From the NCBI GenBank assembly GCA_041657405.1, contig JBBABX010000001.1, forward strand, positions 106,316-170,315: 64,000 nucleotides of DNA. Direction: 5' to 3'. Made by a program: the position numbers and the translations under genes. Each line of letters starts with the position of its first letter. Within the stretch, counting starts at the first letter, position 1. The DNA is from Minisyncoccota bacterium. Lineage in GTDB: Bacteria > Patescibacteriota > Minisyncoccia > Phycocordibacterales > XYD1-FULL-46-19. A model generated the notes under the pieces. That model was not told where the DNA came from. It saw only the letters and a program-made list of their open reading frames with translations, and did not search any database. This document shows, piece after piece, positions 55,870 through 64,000 of this stretch.

Positions 55870-57294
55870 ATGAACAAGGAAGCAATCGAATACATACAAA
55901 ATCAAATGAACAGAAGTGAGGACAGGCTTCGCCCGTATGTTTTTGCTACACCTACGTTCACCTTCCCTGAACGCCATGTTGTTATTCGTATTAAAAAGTA
56001 TGTTTCTGATTTTCTTGGAGGGAAACGAGACTTTCGTTGGGTAGTTGTGCCTGGTCTTCGTGGAGTTGGTAAGACAACTGCAATGGCACAAGTCTTTCTT
56101 ACTGCGAAAACAACTCGAACAAAAAGTGACTTTTTATATATGTCTGTTGATGACCTCACTACCAGAGGTCTTTCGTTGAATGATGCTCTGGATGCATACG
56201 AAGTAATTTTAGGAAAACCATTTGAAAAACTAGACAGCCCTGTCTTGATGTTTATTGACGAAGTACAACAAGATCCAAACTGGGCAGCTATTCTTAAATC
56301 ACTTCATGATAGAGCAAGAAATGTATTTCTCTTCTGTACTGGTTCGTCTGCTGTTTCTCTCCAGTCAAACCCTGATGTAGCTAGACGTGCACAATTTGAG
56401 AAATTGTACCCATTGAGTTTTGGTGAGTACGAGATGATTAAAAATAACATCTTTCCGCAAAAGGGTCTTAAAGAAAGAATCAAGGAAGCTTTATACGGTG
56501 CTTCAAATGCAGAGGACGCATATAACAGACTCAAACCATTGGAAGCTTCTGTCGCTTCACAGTGGGCAAAATTTGACCGCTCAAATATAGACGAATATCT
56601 ACTCAATGGTACGTTACCTTTTACGCTCAAAGCAATTACTCCTAACGCCTACGACAACATAAATATTCTACTCGATAGAATTATCGACAAAGACATCAAA
56701 GAGTTGGGGCAGTTTGACGCGGCTACCTTAAGTGCAATAAAACGACTTCTTTTCATAATGGCTGACAGTGACATCATCAGTGTCAACAAAGTGAAAGACA
56801 TCATAAACCTAAGCTACAACACAGTGATGTCCGTGTTGGATGTTCTGGAACGTGCGGAGCTTATTATTAAAGTTCCAGCACAGGGTTCTAAAACAAGCCA
56901 AGCACGCAAACCATCAAAGTATCTGTTTATGAGTCCAGCACTTCGTTCAGCATTGTTGAGTGTGAGTGGTGTAGAGGGTACTTATCTCGCACGCAAAGGG
57001 AAATATTTGGAAGACATCGCAGGGCTACACTTCTATCGAGAATTTGTTGCTCCACGTATTGGCTCTCTTACCCACGACCCAACACAAGGGAGTGCTGATT
57101 TCATTTTACAGATAGCCGACAAGAAACAGTTAGCGTTTGAAATGGGACTTGGTAGAAAGGGTTATGACCAAGTCAAAACAACAATGGGAAACTTCAAGAT
57201 TGATTTTGGAGTGGTTGTTTGTGCAACTGACCTCATGCTTTCAAGAGAAGATAATGTTCTCAAACTACCATTGGACTATTTCCTATTGATGTAA
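55870..57294 (+). CDS. AAA_14-family ATPase with DUF4143-like C-terminal domain
   Basis: GLRGVGKTT, FIDEVQ, TGSSA, LYPLSFGEY, KYLFMSPALR, ADFI...FEMG. Confidence 0.85.
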   Translation: MNKEAIEYIQNQMNRSEDRLRPYVFATPTFTFPERHVVIRIKKYVSDFLGGKRDFRWVVVPGLRGVGKTTAMAQVFLTAKTTRTKSDFLYMSVDDLTTRGLSLNDALDAYEVILGKPFEKLDSPVLMFIDEVQQDPNWAAILKSLHDRARNVFLFCTGSSAVSLQSNPDVARRAQFEKLYPLSFGEYEMIKNNIFPQKGLKERIKEALYGASNAEDAYNRLKPLEASVASQWAKFDRSNIDEYLLNGTLPFTLKAITPNAYDNINILLDRIIDKDIKELGQFDAATLSAIKRLLFIMADSDIISVNKVKDIINLSYNTVMSVLDVLERAELIIKVPAQGSKTSQARKPSKYLFMSPALRSALLSVSGVEGTYLARKGKYLEDIAGLHFYREFVAPRIGSLTHDPTQGSADFILQIADKKQLAFEMGLGRKGYDQVKTTMGNFKIDFGVVVCATDLMLSREDNVLKLPLDYFLLM

Positions 57295-57339
57295 TTCCTA
57301 TCCCTACTAAATAAGTTTATCTGAGGGTGTCGTGGATGT

Positions 57340-58035
57340 TCACGAGCCTTTTTTATTTGTGGTTGTGCCTTTATACATACCTGGATTAGCAACAAGCAAA
57401 TCACGGCTCCGCTCATGCTGACTCAATGTTTTGATATGCAATATAAGTCTCATGTTGTCCTGCTGTGAAACAGGCTCGATGTGTTTATCACTCATCACAC
57501 GTGTCGAAACGGGAAACCTAAAGAATACCTCGGCATAGTTCTTCTTAGGGAATAGGTTAATCCTCTCAATGAACAAACGAAGTATGTACTGCTTATCCTC
57601 GTAGCTGACGTTTTCCAGTCTCGTCTTGATTTGCTCGTACAACTTTTTAAGCACAACCCCTCTATCTTTCCGTTCGTCACGTTTAATGAGTACCTGTTCA
57701 AACTTAGCTTTCTGATTCTCCATTGCTTCAATGTTCTCGTTACACTCCTTTAAGTGTTGCTCACATTCTTTCTCTGGAAGACTCTTAAACATGAAAGCTC
57801 TGGTAATTCGAGCACGTTGCTCTAGGAGTGATTTGATTTGCTTCTCACACTGAGCAATTTTCTCATTTGCTTTTTCTGCACTTGAATTCTTGAATGTGTA
57901 CTCTTCCAGTTTCGGTATGACATTCTCAGGGTCTTTAAGTATGGAAACGAGACACTCCCAAATCGGCTCGAGTCGTGTCTCGGCGTACTGATATCGTACA
58001 AATTTATTCTCTGGATTATTCGCGTTCTCTAACAT
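57340..58035 (-). CDS. C-terminal (coiled-coil) part of a split large serine recombinase
   Basis: ETRLEPIWE..ILKDP, long coiled coil, SYEDKQYILRLFIERI; overlaps the upstream ORF by 20 nt in the +1 frame. Confidence 0.75.
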   Translation of the reverse strand: MLENANNPENKFVRYQYAETRLEPIWECLVSILKDPENVIPKLEEYTFKNSSAEKANEKIAQCEKQIKSLLEQRARITRAFMFKSLPEKECEQHLKECNENIEAMENQKAKFEQVLIKRDERKDRGVVLKKLYEQIKTRLENVSYEDKQYILRLFIERINLFPKKNYAEVFFRFPVSTRVMSDKHIEPVSQQDNMRLILHIKTLSQHERSRDLLVANPGMYKGTTTNKKGS

Positions 58036-59104
58036 ATGTGTGATAGTACTTTCCTAGTGTCCGTGAGTCCTTTCCAACTTTTGGAGTTTGGTACCCACTT
58101 TGCAACTTGTTACCTGTCTCTCCACAATAAAGGAGTGTTGAGTACAGGTATGGTCTCTTTGTGTTTCGCTTTGAGTTCTCTCGATTCTTTTTGAGTTGCT
58201 GTATTGAAGCCTGAAACATTTCCTTACTAATGATCTGCGGAACTTTAATTGGTATCCATTCTTCTTCTGGTCTCTGATGTTCTTCTTCAAGTACAGCGTC
58301 AAGATACTTAAATGGTCTCTTGTACTTCCTGTAGTAGAAATCTCCTGTGTATACCTCGTTAACCAAAAGACGATTTATGCTCCGCTTCCACCAGTAGTTA
58401 AACGTCTTACGTTTTTTCTGGGTGTTGTGTTTTGGAGCCGGCATTTCCAATTGATTTGCTCGCTTCGTAATCTCAGTGAGTGAGCAACGCTCGTACACAA
58501 GCCAGTGGTAGAACTGCTTCACGACCTCAGCTTCCTCTGGAATGATTTCCAATTGCTTAGTCTTCTTATCTACCTTATAGCCATAGGGAGGAACGCCAGT
58601 GACCCACTTGTTGTCTCGTGCCGCCTGTTCACGTCCTCCACTCATTCGTTCCCTAATAACTTCACGTTCAAGCTCTGCAAGACTCCCCAACATTTGAAGT
58701 ACGAATCTTCCGTTTGGTGTACTGGTATCAAATGATTCAGTAGCCGACTTGAATTCAATATCAAGTTCGAGAAGTTTCTCAACAGCGTCTAGGAGCTTTC
58801 TGGTACTCCTAAAAAATCTGTCTAGACGATACACAATAACGATGTCGAACTTCTTTGCCTTTGCGTCCTCAAACAATTTCTTCAATCCGTCACGTTTCTC
58901 AATCGCCAGTGAGCCAGATTTACCCTCATCTCCGTATGTGAGTATATTTTCAATATCATACGAATCAGGTTGGCTCTCGCAGAACTTCTGCAAGCGTTCC
59001 TTTTGTACTTTGATTCCATACTTATCATCCTTTGCTTGCTCATCAGTAGAAACTCGTGTGTACAATGCAACTCTCTTCTTTTGTATATTTAACTCAGTCA
59101 TCAT
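58016..59104 (-). CDS. Large serine recombinase: catalytic and recombinase domains, N-terminal part
   Basis: ALYTRVSTDEQ catalytic Ser, DEGKSG, VYRLDRFFR, AELEREVIRER, PPYGY, YLYSTLLYCGETG zinc-ribbon start. Confidence 0.93.
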   Translation of the reverse strand: MMTELNIQKKRVALYTRVSTDEQAKDDKYGIKVQKERLQKFCESQPDSYDIENILTYGDEGKSGSLAIEKRDGLKKLFEDAKAKKFDIVIVYRLDRFFRSTRKLLDAVEKLLELDIEFKSATESFDTSTPNGRFVLQMLGSLAELEREVIRERMSGGREQAARDNKWVTGVPPYGYKVDKKTKQLEIIPEEAEVVKQFYHWLVYERCSLTEITKRANQLEMPAPKHNTQKKRKTFNYWWKRSINRLLVNEVYTGDFYYRKYKRPFKYLDAVLEEEHQRPEEEWIPIKVPQIISKEMFQASIQQLKKNRENSKRNTKRPYLYSTLLYCGETGNKLQSGYQTPKVGKDSRTLGKYYHTYVRERE

Positions 59105-59108
59105 TACA

Positions 59109-59360
59109 TTACTTATTGATTACACCCCTAAAGATTCTGCGTAGATGACGTGTTAGCAACATGCGATACATCCGCTTGATGTTGGGAAGCAATTTTTTTG
59201 ACATAGATTGATTTTTAATATCGATACAGATATTTTTCTCATTAACTGGTAAATTGTGTTTGTTACAATATTCAAGCAAAGACGCTTTCTGCCCCTCCGC
59301 TTCTTCATTAGTAGATGTACGTATGTACAATGCTACATTGGGATTTTTTACATTAGTCAT
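59109..59360 (-). CDS. Short resolvase-N-terminus-like protein
   Basis: VALYIRTSTNEE...QKASLLEYC...ICID; ends 4 nt before the recombinase start. Confidence 0.6.
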   Translation of the reverse strand: MTNVKNPNVALYIRTSTNEEAEGQKASLLEYCNKHNLPVNEKNICIDIKNQSMSKKLLPNIKRMYRMLLTRHLRRIFRGVINK

Positions 59361-59571
59361 AATTTTTTTGGTTAAATCTCACTACCAGTCGTCCGTCCTT
59401 GCTCTTTACGTAGAATTTCTTTGATTTAGGAAACCCTGACTCAATGAGCAAGTTCCTGACGAAGCTTTCTGGTGTGAATCTTTTAATTTTGCGATTGGTT
59501 TGTTTTTTCATATTCCTATAAAACGCTGTATTTAAGCCATTTATAGGACATATTAGATACGGATAGGACAA
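59353..59571 (-). CDS. Small basic hypothetical protein
   Basis: Likely begins at MKKQTNRK; overlaps the next gene by 8 nt. Confidence 0.45.
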   Translation of the reverse strand: MSYPYLICPINGLNTAFYRNMKKQTNRKIKRFTPESFVRNLLIESGFPKSKKFYVKSKDGRLVVRFNQKNYD

Positions 59572-59699
59572 CTAAGTACAGGTAAGTACAACTATTAGCT
59601 GTCTATAACTTTTCTGAAAATCGCGCGTGCAGACCCCTTTCTACTTTCTGGCAAAGAAAATAAATGAATTCCTGCCTGGCTCATTTCAAACTACATATC

Positions 59700-59830
59700 C
59701 AGCAAACAAACCATTTTGTAATTTATCTTTTAATTAATAATTATCTTTTGTCTGAATCACTGTGAGTATACTTTGTGCCTTTTTACGTGAATCTCCCTGA
59801 TACAACTTTGAATCACCCTGATTCACGTGA
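59700..59830. repeat. Iteron-like repeats plus AT-rich tract (putative element origin)
   Basis: TGAATCACTGTGA 59753, TGAATCTCCCTGAT 59788, TGAATCACCCTGAT 59809, next to an AT-rich stretch and the Rep stop. Confidence 0.55.
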
Positions 59831-59839
59831 CCGTACTCA

Positions 59840-60493
59840 CTACAAGACTATCTTTGACCGTTCTACGTCCTGAGTCCTCTGCATGAATGACACTAGCTTT
59901 GACCACTTTTGCTCAAGATCAACTGGAGAACCAATCACTGGAGCATACTTCTTGCCATTCGTTACCTGCACAAGACCGATAACTTGTTCAACCATTTCAA
60001 TTCCGTAGTGTTCTACTAACTTCTCGATTGCTTTGACTTGTCTCCTATCTCTCTTTAAGTCATCCGTCCTGTGTTGAGCAACTGACCGAAACATTTCTAT
60101 CAACCTGTCTGCCACAATGTTTACGACTTCTGGTTCCTGTTCCACGTCACTCTCCAACACAAGACTTATTTCATTCGTTTTGTACTTTGACCTCTTCACA
60201 CTAATGAATCCTTTCTCCTCAAGACTTACCAACACCCTCGGCACTTGAGCCTTGCTCACACCCGAACCTTTGTTTCTTGAACCTATACCAGTCACAAACT
60301 GACTAATACTTATCTTGTCCGTGGTTCGTTGGAATCCAAGTGTCTGCCTGAGAATGAAGTCCAAACACTTCTGTTCGACTCCACTGAGTGAGTGCCAGTA
60401 CGATTCAAGGATGGTTGGATACTTGAAGAAGTCTCGCTTGTACTCTTTTTTGAATCCGGGGAATCTCGTATTCTGTTCATTTTCTTTTTCCAT
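59840..60493 (-). CDS. Phage replication protein O-like initiator
   Basis: LSGVEQKCLDFILRQTLGFQRTTDKISISQF winged-helix N-terminus; start may be 60493 or 60526. Confidence 0.75.
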   Translation of the reverse strand: MEKENEQNTRFPGFKKEYKRDFFKYPTILESYWHSLSGVEQKCLDFILRQTLGFQRTTDKISISQFVTGIGSRNKGSGVSKAQVPRVLVSLEEKGFISVKRSKYKTNEISLVLESDVEQEPEVVNIVADRLIEMFRSVAQHRTDDLKRDRRQVKAIEKLVEHYGIEMVEQVIGLVQVTNGKKYAPVIGSPVDLEQKWSKLVSFMQRTQDVERSKIVL

Positions 60494-60497
60494 AAAT

Positions 60498-60854
60498 TCA
60501 AGACAGTACACACCCTGTTCCGCCAAGCATTACTGTAGTATCTGTCTGAGGTGTGTGAACTATTAGAGCAGTTTTGATCTCAGATATGTGTCCTTGAAGG
60601 CTCTCTCGCTCGATGATTTGAATCATGATTGGATTATCTTTGTCTCCACCCACTTTATGCTTATGTGCTTTTGATTCCTCAATAATGTAGTGGAGCGTTT
60701 CCTTAAATTCACTTGTCTCAATGGCTGATTTAATAGGCGAATCGATAAACATTGATGTCAGCATTGGCAGTGATTTTTTAATTTCGTTTAGCTCCGCCAT
60801 TTCCTCCACTTTTTTTGTGGTAACAAATGGACTTAGTATTGGTTCTTTTTTCAT
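60498..60854 (-). CDS. Hypothetical protein
   Basis: 118-aa ORF in an operon with Rep. Confidence 0.55.
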   Translation of the reverse strand: MKKEPILSPFVTTKKVEEMAELNEIKKSLPMLTSMFIDSPIKSAIETSEFKETLHYIIEESKAHKHKVGGDKDNPIMIQIIERESLQGHISEIKTALIVHTPQTDTTVMLGGTGCVLS

Positions 60855-60984
60855 TTTGTTTTGATTTATTACTTGTTAATTCTTTAGGATTCGACTTTCT
60901 GTTTTGTGCCCAGTCGAAGAAAAGCTCCCACGATGTGTCGTGTTCAACCTGAGTTTCTTCTGCTGTAATAAAAAATCGCTCCAT
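60778..60984 (-). CDS. Small hypothetical protein
   Basis: 68-aa ORF; long overlap with the next gene makes the 3' end doubtful. Confidence 0.3.
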   Translation of the reverse strand: MERFFITAEETQVEHDTSWELFFDWAQNRKSNPKELTSNKSKQNEKRTNTKSICYHKKSGGNGGAKRN

Positions 60985-61091
60985 ATGTGGAACGATAACC
61001 TAAAATACTTGACCTGTTTAATTTTCTATTTTATAAAAATAACCACCTTTTCCAGCTATTGTTCACCTAATCACTCACCTAACGCACTCAG

Positions 61092-61862
61092 TTAGCTTTT
61101 TTTGACAGAATCGTTATCCACCTTTCTTCTTGTCCCTGTTCGATAATTCAAACTCTTTCGTTTCTGTATATTTGAAATCTTCGCCCAACCTCCATGTCCC
61201 TCAGTCCATGCAAGAATGTTTAGGAAAGTATTTTTACCTTCATCTTTTATCACCGAAAATGAAATCACCCCTTTACCTTCTAAAGCCTCTCTAATCTTTT
61301 TACTTGGTTCGCTGTCTGTCCAGAACAAAATCATTTTTCCAGAGATTCCCACGGCGTCAGGAATCCGCTTGATATCCGATGAGTTTATTTTTTCATTGCC
61401 TATAACAAAATTTCCATCCTTGATAGTGCTCACGATAATGACTGCTCCGTGTGTTTTAGTAGTCTTTCCCAACGTCCCCATGAAATCCCTTTTTGAATCC
61501 CTTGAAAGTAAATCGACACGCACACCCTTAGACTCCAGAGCATCTCTTAGCTTTTTCGCTTTATCCAAATGTCCTACTGAGACGATACTTACAAACTTTT
61601 CAGTAAGACGTCCGTCACCAGCTCGAACCTTTTTGAAATCTTTAAGTTCGCCCTTATCAAATTTATCCAAAAAGTTGAGAACATTCTTGTGAGCTATCAC
61701 ATAACGCTTGTCCCTACTGCCAGAGCCACGCATTTTGGGTAGAAAGATCTCTTCATACGCATTAACATATTTTCGTATTGTCGCTTTATTCCTCCACGGC
61801 AATAACCCAGAATCAGCCAGTTCACTTAGAGTGTAGACTTCTTTTTGCTTTTTATTACTCAC
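61092..61862 (-). CDS. HTH (excisionase/MerR-like) protein with an alpha/beta C-terminal region
   Basis: VYTLSELADSGLLPW...TIRKYV...RYVIAHKNVLNFL N-terminus. Confidence 0.55.
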   Translation of the reverse strand: MSNKKQKEVYTLSELADSGLLPWRNKATIRKYVNAYEEIFLPKMRGSGSRDKRYVIAHKNVLNFLDKFDKGELKDFKKVRAGDGRLTEKFVSIVSVGHLDKAKKLRDALESKGVRVDLLSRDSKRDFMGTLGKTTKTHGAVIIVSTIKDGNFVIGNEKINSSDIKRIPDAVGISGKMILFWTDSEPSKKIREALEGKGVISFSVIKDEGKNTFLNILAWTEGHGGWAKISNIQKRKSLNYRTGTRRKVDNDSVKKS

Positions 61863-61984
61863 TCACTAATGATAAACAAAACTCGCCAAAATGACGAGTT
61901 TTACGTTTGTGGTAAGTAAACCACACACCTGACCCTTTCCATACCTCTAAGAGTGTCTGAGGGACTCTGGTATTGGTAGATATC

Positions 61985-62464
61985 CTACTGCGAACCTACA
62001 GAAATTGACCCTGAACCACTTTTGACCACCTGACCATTAACTTTGGCAGTAAACGAAAATGTCTTAATTCCGTTCATTCCATGCACAGAAGTTGGGCCTG
62101 TGTTGATGTCAAAGTAGACACTTGTACCAAGACCAGGAGCTATTGCCTGACTCGATGAGAATGTTTTGTCATAGACCGAGCCTCCCTCTGCGTTTATGAG
62201 GTCAATGTTCACATCACCAGCGAAAGGTTCGTTGTCATTGTTTTTAATATTGAAAAAGTATCTGTACTTACCACCAACCTCTTTAACGTTTTGACTGGTA
62301 ACGGAAATATTTTTTTGTTCCTGTGTGACTTCTGGTGTTGATTTTATTTTCTCGTTAGAAGAAAACAAACTCACTACCGTAACCACTGCAACTATTAAAA
62401 GAAGTCCAAAGAAAAGACCTTTTAGGAATTTCCAAATTCCAGAAAGTATTTGATTTTTATTCAT
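61985..62464 (-). CDS. Membrane-anchored Ig-like hypothetical protein
   Basis: N-terminal TM helix, beta-rich body (IKNNDNEPFAGDV.IDL). Confidence 0.7.
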   Translation of the reverse strand: MNKNQILSGIWKFLKGLFFGLLLIVAVVTVVSLFSSNEKIKSTPEVTQEQKNISVTSQNVKEVGGKYRYFFNIKNNDNEPFAGDVNIDLINAEGGSVYDKTFSSSQAIAPGLGTSVYFDINTGPTSVHGMNGIKTFSFTAKVNGQVVKSGSGSISVGSQ

Positions 62465-62499
62465 ATGTTGTGCCTAACGATTTGTAATGTCTGGTGGAC

Positions 62500-62591
62500 A
62501 AACAAAAATCCGGCCACCAGGAAGGCTCCGAAGAACCTCTACAGAAGTTTCCCTCTGCAACGTTAGGCACGCCCTGAATGACCGGGTTTTT
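62500..62591 (-). ncRNA. C4/CI-like cloverleaf antisense RNA
   Basis: Closing stem ACCCGGUCA/UGGCCGGAU, GAAA- and cUUCGg-capped hairpins, single-stranded GUGCCUAACG complementary to flanking 16-nt direct repeats (62468-62483, 62590-62605). Confidence 0.75.
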
Positions 62592-62694
62592 GTGCCTAAC
62601 GATTTCGACCATACCTTACAGAAAATCCATAAGGGTTAGGTCATTCAATATTCAGTTGTAACTACATGGTATTACTTTCGGAGTAAGAAGTAAA

Positions 62695-63309
62695 TCAACT
62701 CAAAGAATCTTCTACCATTTCCACAAGTTGAGGTAATGTTTTGATTGAACCTGATTGTGTGTATTCAATTTTCTTTGTGTTGCTATTCCACACCATTACA
62801 CCGAGCTTGTGGGTGATGGTTTGTCCATCAATCATGCGGACTATTTCAGTAAGGTCTTTATCAGCATCCAGTATGATTGAAAACTCTTGGCTTACAGAAT
62901 TATCCACGTTCATGAGTACACCATAACGTGACTTTGAGACTAGGCAATATCCAATTAATTGAGAAAGTTCTGTCAAACCAATCCGCTTTGTTTTCTTTAT
63001 TTCAAAAATAAGCACTTCAAATTTACCGTTCTGTTTGTTCTCTAATATAATTGATATGTCGAGATGAAGTCGATGAACATTCTTTCCGTACTCCTTCAAA
63101 GCTTCTCCTGCTTGGTATCCGTTCGCGATTAAAGTCGCCATAGCACCACTTATTTCCCCAATCATTGGGTGTACCTCAATCTCCTTGTTTTTTAGATTTG
63201 ATAAAAACACTTCTTTTAATGCAGAAGCAATTTCTGGGTAGTGGTCAACTTCAATTTTTCTTTCATCTTTCAGCATATATTTATTATTTAAGGATGACAC
63301 ATTCAGCAA
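62695..63309 (-). CDS. PD-(D/E)xK-like nuclease-fold protein
   Basis: LDISII...FEIKK...SQLIGY (D...ExK...QxxxY). Confidence 0.6.
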   Translation of the reverse strand: MLNVSSLNNKYMLKDERKIEVDHYPEIASALKEVFLSNLKNKEIEVHPMIGEISGAMATLIANGYQAGEALKEYGKNVHRLHLDISIILENKQNGKFEVLIFEIKKTKRIGLTELSQLIGYCLVSKSRYGVLMNVDNSVSQEFSIILDADKDLTEIVRMIDGQTITHKLGVMVWNSNTKKIEYTQSGSIKTLPQLVEMVEDSLS

Positions 63310-64000
63310 ATTTCGGCGAGCGAATTTTTAACTGTAGATTGTTTTGAGTAATTAGTGTCTTGTTGAATTTGTCATTGATGTAACCAACTAACGCACTGTT
63401 CGAACCATTTTTTATATGTACACAAGTACCTCGGTTTGGAATTCCAATCTTTATTTCGTTCATCTTAGACACATTTTCCCTAATCAGTTCAGAGTAACTG
63501 CCAAGTATTCTCTTTCCTCTGACTTTTGTTGGATCTGAAGAAGCGAAAACGTAGGCTAGACCTTGTAACAAGTAATTTATTGGGAACCCGTCTTCTGTAG
63601 AATTGCCAAATACAAGAGCATTTTTATTTTTGTCATACAGTGACAATAATCCTGAGACATCTATATTTTCATATGTAAAAATAGTCTTTTGAAGATAGTC
63701 CTCAGATTGTATGATGTTTTCAATCTCTGCAGATGTGCCCTTACTTAAAAGTGTGAATGGAGAAATGTAGCTCTCAAAATTTTGTACTTCGTGCATTCTT
63801 GAAAGAGGTAATCTTAATCCTAGGTGTTCAGCCAAGTGAGTGTAGTGAATGAAATGTAGTCCACGCACTTCAGTTGGAAGCCAGTCTGAATTTTCGTCAA
63901 TATGCAAAGCCGTTCTACCGCCTATATTTGTTTTCTTCCCTGCAGACGTATTAGCTTTTTGTTGCAAACCTTGATTTTCATTAGCTGAAAGCTGTTTTGA
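63284..64000 (-). CDS. Hypothetical protein, 5' part beyond the window
   Basis: Open frame continues to the window edge; overlaps the nuclease-like gene. Confidence 0.55.
   Translation of the reverse strand, partial: SKQLSANENQGLQQKANTSAGKKTNIGGRTALHIDENSDWLPTEVRGLHFIHYTHLAEHLGLRLPLSRMHEVQNFESYISPFTLLSKGTSAEIENIIQSEDYLQKTIFTYENIDVSGLLSLYDKNKNALVFGNSTEDGFPINYLLQGLAYVFASSDPTKVRGKRILGSYSELIRENVSKMNEIKIGIPNRGTCVHIKNGSNSALVGYINDKFNKTLITQNNLQLKIRSPKFAECVILK

Larger units (their letters stand above)
53948..64000. mobile_element. Integrative element inserted in comM (serine recombinase, Rep, cargo); right end beyond the window
   Basis: comM breakpoint, large serine recombinase, phage-O-like Rep, C4-like RNA, accessory genes. 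Confidence 0.88.

Overview
AT-rich chromosomal window around the replication origin (dnaN-dnaA-rpmH-rnpA-yidC) of a small-genome bacterium. Gene content and style point to Patescibacteria/CPR, Parcubacteria-like (inference). The left half holds housekeeping, repair and recombination genes (ruvA/B/C, mutM, xth, udg, polA, murE, tyrS, PBP1A, PilB-like ATPase), three tRNAs and an unclassified ~235-nt structured RNA. It also holds a decayed diversity-generating retroelement (DGR): an Avd-like tail fused to murE, a 120-bp TR/VR-like repeat pair and no reverse transcriptase. From 30 to 53 kb lies a chromosomal VirB4/PrgI/VirB6/VirD4-type secretion cluster with several cell-wall hydrolases. From ~53,948 to the window end, an integrative element interrupts comM. 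It encodes a frameshift-split large serine recombinase, a phage-O-like Rep and a C4/CI-like antisense RNA. The strongest novelty is at the element's left end: an array of short genes separated by a repeated 34-bp inverted site (TTGTAGGAC-N16-GTCCCACAA). The same site, as a hybrid, forms the comM junction, which suggests an integron-like cassette array built on recombinase att sites. All family calls are from motif recognition by eye; no database search was run.
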